Assembly (NCBI RefSeq): GCF_009914755.1
Contig: NC_060935.1
DNA from: the human T2T-CHM13v2.0 reference genome, Homo sapiens
DNA length: 64,000 nucleotides
Strand: one strand, 5' to 3'
The notes below the pieces were generated by a model. That model had not been told where the DNA came from, searched no databases, and saw nothing but the letters and a program-made list of their open reading frames with translations. Shown here in pieces: positions 1 through 12,654 of the stretch (position 1 is the first letter of the stretch; the number at the start of each line of letters is the position of its first letter). A program made the translations under genes and the position numbers.

Positions 1-262
1 ACTGAGTCCAGTTTTAGCAAAGAATTTATTGAGAATCCCCCCACCTTGATATCAAGTTCCTCTTCCCCACACCCTGCACACCTAGGCAAGTTCCTCTTAG
101 TGATTTTCCATCTACTTCCTTACCCTGTCATTGGCTATAAATCCCCACTTGTCCCTTTTGCGTTTGGAGTTGAGTTTACTCTCTCTTCCCTGTTGCAATA
201 GTCTTGAATAAAGTATTTCTTGCCATTTTGGACAAGCATTTTGTGTATTTTTTTTCTTTAAC
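1..262 (+). mobile_element. ERV1 solo LTR 3' part, MER31-like
   Basis: gttttagcaaagaat / gaatcccc..ccttgatatc motifs, TATA (ggctataaa), AATAAA and ttctttaac terminus resemble the MER31 consensus. Confidence 0.6.
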
Positions 263-908
263 TGCTAAAACCCAGGGACATGGACCATGAGCAGACCTGT
301 CTAATCTGAGATGACACTCATGGCCTTACCTAGAGGGTGACAGGTATCCTCCTGGGGTAAACTGAAGATGCTAAAGAAGCACAGATGAGAAGGGACATTT
401 ACCTGGACACAGTCAGTGGGAGATGGGCACAGTAGAGGGGTCAAGGTAGAGGGGAGTGTGAGGTGGCGGGTCACCATGTGCCTCACTGGGGAGGTGATAA
501 CATGGCCTTTTCAACAGGGTAGAGACCATGAAGAAGACAGTCAGCAGAGACAAGGCTGGAGGGGGTGGGCTGAAGAGCCTTACAACCTTCATCAAAGTTC
601 AGACTCTCCTGAGGATGGCATTCTTTACTAATTTGGAAAAGGTGTAAGTCCAGATGGATGGAAAGATGGACAGAAAGATGGACTGAAGGACTGATGATGG
701 ATGGGAAGATACTGGATATCACAGGTGGACCTAAAGCAAACGATAACCTGGCCTCCACCAAAGCTATGATATTCTTCTTCTGATTCCCTAGTCCCAGAAA
801 ATCAGGGCCAGCAAGGCAGAGACTAGGACCCAGGCAAGGCCCAGTGCTCTCTCTGCTCTGTGTGACCCTCCTGAAGAAAGCAAGGGCTTCCCTTGTCTAT
901 CTACTACT

Positions 909-1449
909 TCTTTTTCTATTTTTATTTTTTATAATTTCAAATTTAATTTTAGATTCAAGGGGCACATGTGCAGGTTTGTTACCTGGGTATATTGCATGAT
1001 GCTGAAGTTTAGGGTGCAAATGATCCTGTCACTCAGGTACTGAACGTAGTACCTGATAGATTTTCAACTCTTGCCCACTCCCTTCCTCCCCACTCTAGTA
1101 GTCCCCAGTTTCTATTGCTGCCATCTTTATGTCCATGTATACCCAATGTTCAACTCCCACTTGTAAATGAGAACATGAGATATTTGGTTTTCTGTTCCTA
1201 TGTTAATTTGCTTAGGGTAATGGCCTCTAGCTGTATGCATGTTGCTGCAAAGGAAGTGATTTCATTCTTTTTTATGGCTGCATAATATTCCATGGTATAT
1301 ATGTACCACATTTTCCTTATCCAGTCCACCATTAATGAGCACCTTGGTTGATTCCATGTTTTTGCTATTGTGAATATAACAAATAGTAAAGTGTTATGAT
1401 GAACATATGTGTGCATGTGTCTTTTGGGTAAAACTATTTATTTTCTTTC
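909..1449 (-). mobile_element. 5'-truncated old L1 (L1PA15/16-L1PB age) 3' end
   Basis: Poly-T then L1 3'UTR; ORF 1198..1416 resembles the L1 ORF2 C-terminus ([11 protein letters not shown]...[11 protein letters not shown]). Confidence 0.85.
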
Positions 1450-1590
1450 ATCCAATACTTCTTAAATGCACTAGTCACTTCACATAGACACACACATTCC
1501 AAAGGCCTCACATCACACAACAGCACCAAAGGCCTTTGACTTCCATGTCCCAGAAGGACCTCTCCAAGCCAACAGGCTCAAAGAGAAAGT

Positions 1591-1921
1591 TTCTATCTTT
1601 CTTTCTTTTTCTTTCTTTCTTTCTTTCATTCTTTTTATTAAGAAGGAGTCTCGATCTGTTGCCCAGCCTAGAGTGCAGTGGCACAATCTCAGCTCACCGT
1701 AACCTCTGTGTCCTCGGCTCGAGCAATTCTCCCACCTCAGCCTCCTGAGTAACTGGGATCACAGGCATGTACCACTATGCTCACCTAACTTTTGTATTCT
1801 TAGTAGAGACAGGATTTCACCATGTTAGCCAGGCTGGTCTCAAACTCCTGGCCTTAAGTGATCTGCCCACCTCGGCCTCCCAAAGTGCTGGGATTACAGG
1901 CATGAGCCACCGTGCCCAACC
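1591..1921 (-). mobile_element. Alu (J/S) with (TTTC)n-degenerate tail
   Basis: Antisense Alu consensus. Confidence 0.92.
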
Positions 1922-2194
1922 GAGAGAATTTCTTAACATCAGATATGTGGATTGATTTTTCCCACACGATCCTATTAAAAAGTGAGGAAGCTGCCTTAAG
2001 ATTTGGTTTGTGGCCCTCAGAAATCTCAAAGGCACATGGGGCTAAAACCCAATGTGACAGGGCAGAGGTGGGTCACACACTTGCCTTTGGAGCAGGAACA
2101 CTGAAGTGAGGCTTGAGTGACAGAGAGGAGGAGGGATGGTGGCTCCCTGCAGGGAACCCAGTGGAACCCCTCAGTGACAGCTTTGGCGTGGGAG

Positions 2195-2221
2195 GGAAGG
2201 GAAGGGAAGGGAAGGGAAGGG
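2195..2221. repeat. (GGAAG)n microsatellite
   Basis: gggaagggaagggaagggaagggaagg. Confidence 0.85.
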
Positions 2222-3099
2222 TAGATGAACGTCAGAAACTGGAAGACAGTAAGTGGAGCTCCTACCTAAGCATATTAAGTATTTTCTCTGCATAGCAGTC
2301 AGATGAGGGTTGAGCTGTGACTTGACCCACTGTCCCCAGATGCTAGCAATCTGTTACAAGACTCCCTAGTCACTTAGCCTGAAGAATACTTATTACCAGT
2401 CTTCTTTTTTGTTTTCTTCTGAGCTGTCTTTTTAATAACATGACAAATTCGGCCCACATGCATACAGAAATCCCCAAGCAGATGTTGGCAGCTTTGTTCC
2501 ACCATGGCAAGGCTGTCAGGTGCAGGAAGCATAAAAACAGAGGCATCCTAGACACAGAAGGTCTTCCATGCCACTCCTGCAGGATTAGGGATTGGCTTCC
2601 TGACACTTTCTCAGAAGCCTGGGGTCCAAACTACAGGCACTGAGGCCACAAATGCCAGGCCCTGGCCAGATGGTTTAAACCCCATCCCACTTATTCAGAA
2701 AAGTAACAGTTGCCTGGGTTTAGACATTTTCCTTAGGAACATTTCTATAATCAGCTGCCTCAGAGGCACACATAATAGGGCACATGTTAGTAACAATACA
2801 GCAGTGCATTAAAGTAAATTACATTTTAAAAGACATTATCTACCTCAGAAGTCTCTCCCGCTAGGTCTAGAAGGTAAGGCTGGACAGCTCCCAGCTGAGT
2901 CATTACCAGGGGCTTCTTTGGAGAAATCAGCGGGTGCGCAGGAGCAGAGGGAAGAGAGGGAGGGCCTGGGAGCCTGAAGACGCGCTGAGATCCCTGGGCA
3001 TAGCTGGGGTCCTGAGACCTGCCGTCCAGCTCCGGTGTCTCTGCCTCCGGCCTTGTGCCAAGGCTTACATGAGGAGCACCGGGGGAGATGAGATGGGAA

Positions 3100-3950
3100 T
3101 GTAGGACACAGGCCAGGTCATGAGGTCCTTATATGCCATGCTGAGGGGCTTGTGAATTAGCCTGTAGATGATGGGGATCATTGATGGGTTTTAAGTTGAG
3201 GGGAAGATATTTTACTTTCAGATAGATCGCCTTTATTGTTACATAGAGAATGAATGAGATGGGAGAGAAACTGGAGGTGGAAGGCTATATGGGAGAATAC
3301 TGCAAATAGCCTGAGCAAGAGATGACCAGGACCTGAACTAAAGCAACTGCAAGAAGAGGGAGGGAAAAGAAGGAACACATGTGCTATTAAGGATACAGCA
3401 CTTACATGGCTTGGTCACCAGGGGTATGTGGAGGATGAGAGGAATAGAGTAGATGGACATGACCAGGTAGATGGTGGTGCCATTCACAAACAGAGGGAAT
3501 TTGGGAGGAGGGTTTGGGGTGGGGAGAGACAAAGATTCCATTTGTAGGCTTACAGACATGAGGCATCTGCAGGACATTCAGGTAGAGCTATATAGTAGGA
3601 AGTTGGAAATATAACTAGGACTTGGGAGAGAGAGCTGAGCAAGAGGTAGAAGTTTAACAGCCATGAATGGAGATGGTAAACAATGCAATGGAAATGGATA
3701 CAATCACCCAAATAGAAAATGTGGAGTGAGAAAAGGCCATGGACAGGGCCTAGGGAGCACCAGCATTTCAGGAGGGGGCATTGTAAACACGTCTGCAAAG
3801 GAGACTAAAAATGAATAGTCAGGAAGGCAGGATAAATAGGGAAGGCCCACTGGAATCTCGGGGAAAAGAGACTTCAAGCAATGTATAAGCAGCAATATAA
3901 AAGCACAAGCAATCCTTTCAAGATGTTTGGCTATGAATGGAGAAAGAAAA
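3100..3950 (-). mobile_element. L2 LINE relic (boundaries approximate)
   Basis: Purine-rich degenerate L2 motifs (gccatgctgagg..., gatggtggtgccattcac, ggcatctgcagga). Confidence 0.6.
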
Positions 3951-4230
3951 TCAAAGTGCTACCAAAGTCCTGGCTCTGGAGGAGAGAAGAGGCGATGGAA
4001 TTAAAGACGTGGGTACAGGGATTGCATTTGATGAGAGACTTCAGGGAGGGAGGAGGGTATTAATAACAGATGTAGGGAAAGGAAGTTATGGGTTGGGGGG
4101 TCATAGAAGTACCTTGCTGAGATTGAAAGCCATACATTTGCAGTAGATCCATCATACACGGGTCTGTGATTTTCTACGACGTTTAAGTATAGGAATGATA
4201 ATGGTAAAGGGTTAGAGGTCTGTGGGATGA

Positions 4231-4589
4231 GAGAAAGGGTTAAGGTGGGTCAGGTGGAGAGGCTTAGGGTAGGATGGGGAGAGGGTTAGGGTAAGACAGG
4301 TGGGGAGAGTTAGGACAGTTCAGGTGGAGAGGGTTAGGGTGAGACGAGGAGAGGGTTAGGGTGGGTCAAGTGGAGAGAGTTAGGGTGAGTCAAGTGGAGA
4401 GAGTTAGGGTGCATCAGTGGAGAGGGTTAAGGTTGGTCAGTGGAGAGGGTTAGAGTGGGTCAGGTGGAGAGGGTTAGGTGGGTCAGGTGGAGAGAGTTAG
4501 GGTGGATCAGTGAATAGGGTTAAGGTGGTTCAGGTGGAGAGGATCAGGTGAGTCAGGTGGAGAGCATTAAGGTGAGATGGGGGAGAGGG
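4231..4589. repeat. G-rich minisatellite, ~15 copies of ~24 bp (consensus GGAGAGGGTTAGGGTGGGTCAGGT)
   Basis: Direct reading of tandem units. Confidence 0.9.
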
Positions 4590-4947
4590 CTGTCTGTGAC
4601 TGGTGATTGTATCTGTTACAGAGAACTCTCAGCTGGGTAGGGAATGTACTAAAGCCATGGGTGAGATGATGTCCTAGAGTTTCAGGAGTGAAGCCATGCT
4701 AGCTGATGACAATGTGCAAGGTTTGAGTGAAGGCATCAGTGAGATTTTTGAGCCCAGGAGATTAAAGATCCCAGAAGCCATGCACTAACTACTATACAAT
4801 ACTGCCTATTTTAAAAGGCTTAGAGACAACTGGAAAGAGAAGACATGCACATACAAAGCTCAGGTAGCCTCAGGATTGCGAGATTATGATTAGCTGGGGA
4901 ACCCACAGAGGGCTGTGTGGAGCATATGCTACCTAAAATGGGCATCA

Positions 4948-5274
<327 letters not shown>

Positions 5275-6539
5275 TCAGAGTAAATGGGCAATATTTGGCA
5301 ATGCAAAGATTAGAGGAAGCAAGTCAGAGAGGATAGCATGATGCCTCAATTTTTACAAAGGCCTTCTAACTAGACTTCTTGACCCAGAGTTTCCCCCAAG
5401 AAGCTGAATATAGAGGTAGAAATGCTTATTTTAATCCTAGCTATTCTGCTTAAAAGTTCTTGACTTTGGACATGTCACAACTCTTTTGAGCCTTAGTTTT
5501 CTCAACTATAAAATAGAGATAAGAATATTGTTATGGGTTACAAGATTGAATGAAAAGGTGATTTGTAAACAGCATAGATCAATGATTCTAGACCTGCCTA
5601 AATATTGGAATTACCTGGAGTGATTGCTAAAATACAGATTTCTGGTGACACTCAGCTATCACCAGCAGGAAAGAGGTCTCTTGACCTCTGTCTCTGCCCA
5701 CACTCCAAGCTACTGCTCATGCCCCCATTGACTGAGCCTAACCAGGAGCTGGCCAGCAAAAGAGCATGCAGCTTGTGGGGCTCATTCTCCTGGCACACAA
5801 ACACAAGGGGACAAACAGAATAATTAGCACTCTCCCTTTCTCCAAAGCTCCCAGAGACTCTCCACTGCCTACTAAATAAAGTCTAATCTCCATAACTGAA
5901 GGTTCAAGCCCCTTTATAATCTGCACCATCTTTCCACACTGTTCTTCCACTCACTGCTAACACAACTGAGGCTGCAATGGTAGTCGGTCAGGACCACATG
6001 TTTCCTGGCCCATTGGGTCTTCTGCCATTCCACCTGCCGGTATGCTCTCCCCAGCCCCTTTTCTCTTAGGAGAACCTTCTCAGCCTCGATTCAAGGTCTG
6101 TCTATGAGGGCATCTCTAATAACCTCCAACTGAGAAAGATCCTCTTCTCCCTCGGCCCCTCTCTAGAGATTGCATTTGTACCGTTTGTATGATTCACCAA
6201 GGCCCACCTTACACCTGCCATCAGTCCCCACCTTTTCCTGTGGTGAAGTCATTTGTATCCATGTATTACCTCCTCTATGAGATTGGAAGCTCCTTGAGGA
6301 TAGAAACCATGCCTTTATGTCCTTCTGTTGCCCAGCCAGTTCCCAACATTGTGTTGGCTTATGACACCTCCACCTCCTTTCCTGGCTCACAGACTCCTGT
6401 GCCTTCTCTAAGATCCAGCTCAAATACCAACTCCTCTATTTCCTCCAAGCATAGCAATTTATCTCCCCATTTTCTCCTGCCAGAGGACTGTGCAATGTGT
6501 CTCTGTCCCCCCCACACCTTCCCCACCCAGGGAGTCAGT

Positions 6540-6745
6540 GTCCTGGTTAGGAGTACACACTCTGCAGCCCATCTGCCTGAGTTCAAACCCTGAGACTCTA
6601 TCACTCAAAAGCTGTGCAACATTGAGAAATGCCTATGCCTGTTTCTTCATTTTACTCACCATAGGAAATGAGTTCATATATGTAAAGCCCTTAGCATAGT
6701 GCTGCCATATATACTAAATGCTGAATAAATGTTAGCTATTAATGT
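6540..6745 (+). mobile_element. MIR SINE
   Basis: cctgagttcaaaccc...tgcctgtttcttcat...tatgtaaagcccttagcatagtg...aataaatgttagctatt. Confidence 0.65.
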
Positions 6746-8137
6746 TATCGCTTTAAGCTCCTAAAAGGCAAGACCTGTGTCTTAGCTTTTGTTTCCCTAG
6801 TGTATACACAATTCTTGATATTGATTGGTGCTCAGTATATATTTGTCGATAGCCTGAATGCATAGGCATTTAGAATTCAGTAAATATCTGGGTGGGTGGG
6901 TGGGTGAATGAAGGGATAAGTGTAGGTACTTTGTAAATGCTGCTGGTTTGCACAAATATGTGAATCAGTAGGTATTCACTACATGTTGTCTGGTTACTTC
7001 ATTGCTTAAAATAAATGAGTGAATGAGAAAAAGAATGAATAATAGGTATTAAATAAGAAGGTTGATCGGTTGCACGGTTGAATTAACAAGCAGATTTTCC
7101 ACAAATAGCAGATGTTCCATAAATGTTGGCTGGCTGAGTAAATGAACAAACATTCCTAAAATGTAACAACAGCCTGGAGTCAAAGCCGAAAGGACACAGC
7201 TAGAGCACCGGTCAGAGAGAGGAGGTAATAGACCCTATCCCCTCCCCAGTAACTGCCTCAGAAATTGTCCCCTTGTCCCTGCCATTTCTGAAGTTCTCCC
7301 CGCAGCCCACACTGCTTCTACATCTGTCCTGGTGCTCATGGGTGATTCAGGAACCTGGGGTAGGAAGAATGGCTGGAGATGCACCAGCCTCCCCCTCTTC
7401 TCCCCACTCAGCCAAGGACCAGCCTACTCAAGACCCTGTGCCCCCAGTACAGGCCTCCATGCCGTGCCCCTCGTGAGAAGGGCACTCTTCACCTCAGAGC
7501 ACATTAGGAGCAAAGTCTGTATTACCTCAATCCTGGGGGCTAATCACCTCACACATCCTTGGCCCCAGTTTCTGGCTCCGCTTTTCCCGAGACAGCCCCA
7601 GCAACCACACGTCTCTAGTTAATGAATTATTTTGCAACACGTCTGGAGACACATGAACTAGAAATCTTACACATGTTGGAGGATTTTGCCATTTCTATTA
7701 AATATGCCATTCACTTGGTGGGTAATTAAATGTGCAATAATGGGCTCTAATTTCCATCTTAAATAACTTCCTAGGAGTAGCAGAAAGGAAGACGCAGGGT
7801 GTGATTTTCTGGAAGAATCTTTTTTTCCCCTAAAGCTTTTCAGCACATAAAGAAGGGGGAATTGAGTAAAATAAAGTTAGATACTGCACCACATGTGAGT
7901 CTTCTGCAATTGCCCCCAGCAGGGAAAGAGACTAAAGCCTGTAACGCAGTAGCATCTCCCACCCCCAAAGCCCTGAGGCAGCCTAGGGAAGGCTGTTCAA
8001 GGAGTCTGAGCTCGGGGGAGAGAAGAGAGGTTGGGCAGAAGCAGGAGCTGGTAGTGAGGCGGCAGGGGGCATCTCTGCTGTCTCTGCCACAGATCTGAGA
8101 ATGATAAGCCTTCTTCCTCCTCTCTGCATTTCCCCAC

Positions 8138-8220
8138 TGTATGTGTGTGCTGTGTGTGAACACAGGTATGCACACACATGTGCACATGCATGCATGCATG
8201 CATACACAAACAGGTACACA
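8138..8220. repeat. Alternating purine-pyrimidine (TG)/(CA)/(ATGC)n tract
   Basis: atgtgtgtgctgtgtgtg...cacacacatgtgcacatgcatgcatgcatgcataca. Confidence 0.75.
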
Positions 8221-11009
8221 AGCACGGGCTTCGCTGTCCAGCACTAGCAGCCCCAGTCTGAGCCTACCGCAGCGAGGCAGCCAGGAAGCAAGAGGGAAGA
8301 GAGGGGTCTATGCTGCATTGGAATGAAAAGGGCCAGGTGGAAACACCACTCCTGTGGGAGCTGCTGTATGGGGCCTTTGAGGTCACATCACCTGGCTTCA
8401 GATTCAGGTTCCATCACTTGCTGTGAGCATACGGTCACTCAGCCTCTCCAGATTCAGCTTCCTCATCTGTAGGATGGGAATAAACCCAACTACCTGGCAA
8501 CACCCCTGGCACTCAGTAGTAAGCTCTCAAAAAACCTGATTCCCGCCTGCCCTTCTCTCCCTCAGTGGGCATTGAGGGTCAGCCTTGCCGGGGTCAATGT
8601 GCAATCTACAGGCCAGCTCCTCCCCACCCCCACAGCATCTTGCCTCAGACCGGCCTGCACACTCCGCTCCCTCTCCCCCTCCCTCCCTTCATCCCATCTC
8701 TAGATGGCCTTGGCATCTCCACTTCAGTAGGAATGACGCTTTCACCCTTTCTTGAGGCAGGGTTGAGATTTGCAGGGAGGCCGAAGACATCATAATCCAA
8801 CTGGGTTCCTGATGTAAATACAAAGGTAGCACCAGTCAGGAAGGGCAGAAAAAGCAAACCTGTGGCACCTCCCTTTCCCTGCATTGTCTGGAGCGAGTTC
8901 ACAGACTTCCAGGTCCCTACTTCGAGGCATCCCTCCCCTCAGAACCTTCAGGAGCTGACACCAGAGGGCATCAAGCAGGACTTCTCCACTCCTGTGGCTG
9001 TGAATTTGGAGGGCCCACTGGAAGGGCTACTACCACTGGCCAGTGCCTCCCACTTCCTGGGTCTCTCCCACGTCAGTGTCTGGTTCAGCTCAGCTTGGCA
9101 GAACCCCTGCGTGGTAGACAAGGGTGCTGACAGGAAGCTGAAAGCAGCAACAAATCAGATGTCTCCCTGCTCCTCTGCCTGGTCTCCATTCTGGGAATCT
9201 GGAAAGAAGAGAAGCAAATTATTCTGAGTATCTCCCAGAATATCTCAGGATCTCAGGCAAGGAAATGGACTGTGTAATAGCTGAGGTGGAAGGAGGCCTG
9301 GGATGGAAGTGAGTGGTCGGGGGAGGCAAAATGAAAAGAAATTACCTGGTTGACTCAAAGCAGAGCCTCCACTCAAATTAAAAGGTAGACATGGGTGTGC
9401 TGGGAGTGAGGTGGGATTCTTTACAAGGCAAGATCAGACAAGAACAAAAAGGACCCAAGGACCATACCCAGCTATAGGGCCTGGGCCCCATTCAGCAGGG
9501 TAAATGGTGCAGCATACAACTCCCTCGAGCCAAAATTCTATTTATTTATTCTTTCAAGCACTCACTGTTCACTTACTCAATTACTCAACCAATATTTATG
9601 GATTGTCAACTTTACACAAAGAAGACCATTCATGAGATAAACATGAGTTTGGGAGACAGGTAGACCTGGTTCGAGTCTCTATTCTGTCATTAATGTTTAT
9701 ATGACTTTGACAAGTTACCTTGAAGTCTCTGGGCCTCAGTTTCCACATCATAGAATAGGGTTGTTGTGCAGACCAAATGAGAAAATACCTACACTGCTTA
9801 GTATGGGGTCTAGCACATAGTTTTGCATTAATTTAAAAATGTGTCATTGCTGTTATTTTGAAGGCAATGTGCTAAGATCTTAAGATGCTCAAAACATGAG
9901 ATTATCCCCTTGTACAATCAGTGCATAAAATCCACTTTCTATAAAATTATGTCCCCAGGGAAGACTGTTCTGTCCTTATTGTTGCCTACACTATCTGCCA
10001 TAGAGTTTTGTACATGATAGGTGCTGTTAGCTATTTGGCAAATGACCAAGGATAAACCAGTGTGAGCCATTTCAATAATAATGTAGGAGATCATAGCCTT
10101 ATTTAGGAACACTGGGCTGTACAGATGGCAATTTAAGCATGGGCACTGACACAGACCCAAATTTAGCCTATGTATGAAATCTAGGACTGGACACACCCCA
10201 GAGATTGCCTTTCTAGTGTTTCCTTTGAACTTTTCTCAGATACAGAACATAAAGTGTTACATGTAGGCTGAAAGGTATTCGTAGTATTACAACGTTCATC
10301 TCTTATCTTTTGTGCAATAAATACTGAATTTCTGTCTGGAGGAAAACTGACATGCAAAGAAATTCCAGCTTGTGATGAGGAAAGAGAGATGTTGAGAAGT
10401 AGCTGGACTGAATCCATAAACTGACAGGGCATGAAACAAGGTTGGACCATAAGACAGGAAGGGACTTGAGGAATCATCGTCATCCTTCCCACTCATCTAA
10501 CAGATGAGGACACAAGGTCCAAAGAGGCTCTGTGATTTGGGATACCAGCTAGTTAGTGACAGGGCTGCAACAAAGCATGGTTTCCTGACTCCATTTCAAT
10601 GATCCTTCCACTACATCCGTCTGTCATCGTCTCTGAACACAAATTCATCAGAGGCAAGCAGATGACTGCTTTCCTCCTAATCAGGCGAGAGGGACTGGAA
10701 GAGCATCACTTAGTAAAAGACGACCAAGTACAGCCCCTTATTAGAAGCCAACCACTAGAGCATGGCCACCCTCCAGCAGATGCCAGTCAAAGCAGCTCTT
10801 CCTCAGCCCCTACGATCACCGTCTCTAGGCTGGCTTTTCGAATGAAACAATGTTGTCAAGCATGTTGATGTCTGCAATTAAGCCAGCTGGACAGGGGAAT
10901 TCATCCTGGAGACAATTAGAACTGACACCTGCTTTTAAAAATGAAAACAATCTGAGGAATATTTAAGTGAGTCACAGTTCAGCCGCCACATTTAAAAAAA
11001 AAAAAGAAA

Positions 11010-11346
<337 letters not shown>

Positions 11347-12654
11347 TCAGGGAAGAGATACTGGCCAGGGGGCAAGGCTCTCCAAGGGGCCTCTTCCAAT
11401 GAAACCGAACTTAGAGGCAGCCACAGAGACCCCACCTTCCCTTTCTTAAAAGCTCTGCCTCCTCACACCCTCCAGATTACAGGTCAGCTATGTGCTGCAG
11501 CAAGTGGCTGGGGCCCTCAGTGGGGTAAAGAAAGGAAGTTGAAGAACTTAGGAAACTACGTGTGAACAAGCACCATTTGACTCTAGACCCTGCCCTGCAC
11601 CTTCTCACGGTCCCTGTCCCTCTTTTTGCCCACTCACACAGTCCTGTCTACACATAGTCTCCACCCACACACAGGCCTCGCCCACACACAGTCTCCACCC
11701 CCTTGTTCAAAGGCATCTGCCTAACTCTGCTTAATTCTTTCTGATAACTGTTGCAAAATCTCAAGTGATAATGAAGGGACCTCTTTCACCATTTTCTAAC
11801 CAGGGTCTGATACAGGTCCTGATGCATACTAAACATTTAATAAATGTGTTAGGTGACCAAAAGCTCTTAAACATTACCATTTTATTGCCACCGGCAATTT
11901 TCTAGTTTAATTCCATCTCACACCTGTTCTTTACTTAGGTAGCTATGACCCTTCAGATGTTGGCGGCTGGGAGCACCATTTCATAGTTGAGAAAACTGAA
12001 GTTTGAATCAGTGAAGGGGAATTGCCTGGATGACCCAATTGGTAGCTGGAAAAGCCAAGCATCCTACAAGTCTCTCACCTGGGGGTCTCACCCTCTTTCA
12101 GCCACGGGGGAGCTGCCTTTCCTGAGCTATGGATGCTCCACGGGTAATAGAATGTGAAAGGGAACTCTGTTATTCCAGGACCTTACTTCTAGCTATGTGC
12201 ACGGTCGGAGCTCATTACCTAAGACAAATCAACCTAGAGGTTCTACTGGAGGTTGTTCTTTCACAGGGAGGAGGTGGTGGAGGTAGGGGATGCATCATAG
12301 GTGGTGGTGATAAAGAACGATAAACAAGGCAATTTCACACAGTTCTAAGAGCCTCAAAGATCATCACAAATGGAAAATCTTAGAGAAAAAATGCAAGGCG
12401 GAATGCATAGTAGAATCACAGGCTAGGCTTTATGAGTCACACTCTTAAGTGTTCAGAGATTCAGAGAGAGGAAGGGAGAGACCAGGGGAGATGAAGTCAG
12501 ATGCTTCATGGAACTGGGGTCCTGCATTGAACCTTGAAGAAAAATTAGAATTTGGTTAGTTAAAGAAGTCTGGACCTGAGTCTTCCAAATGTAAAATCTA
12601 GAGCAAAGGAAATTGAAAAGAGGAAGCATTTATTGAGCAACTGTTATATGGTGG

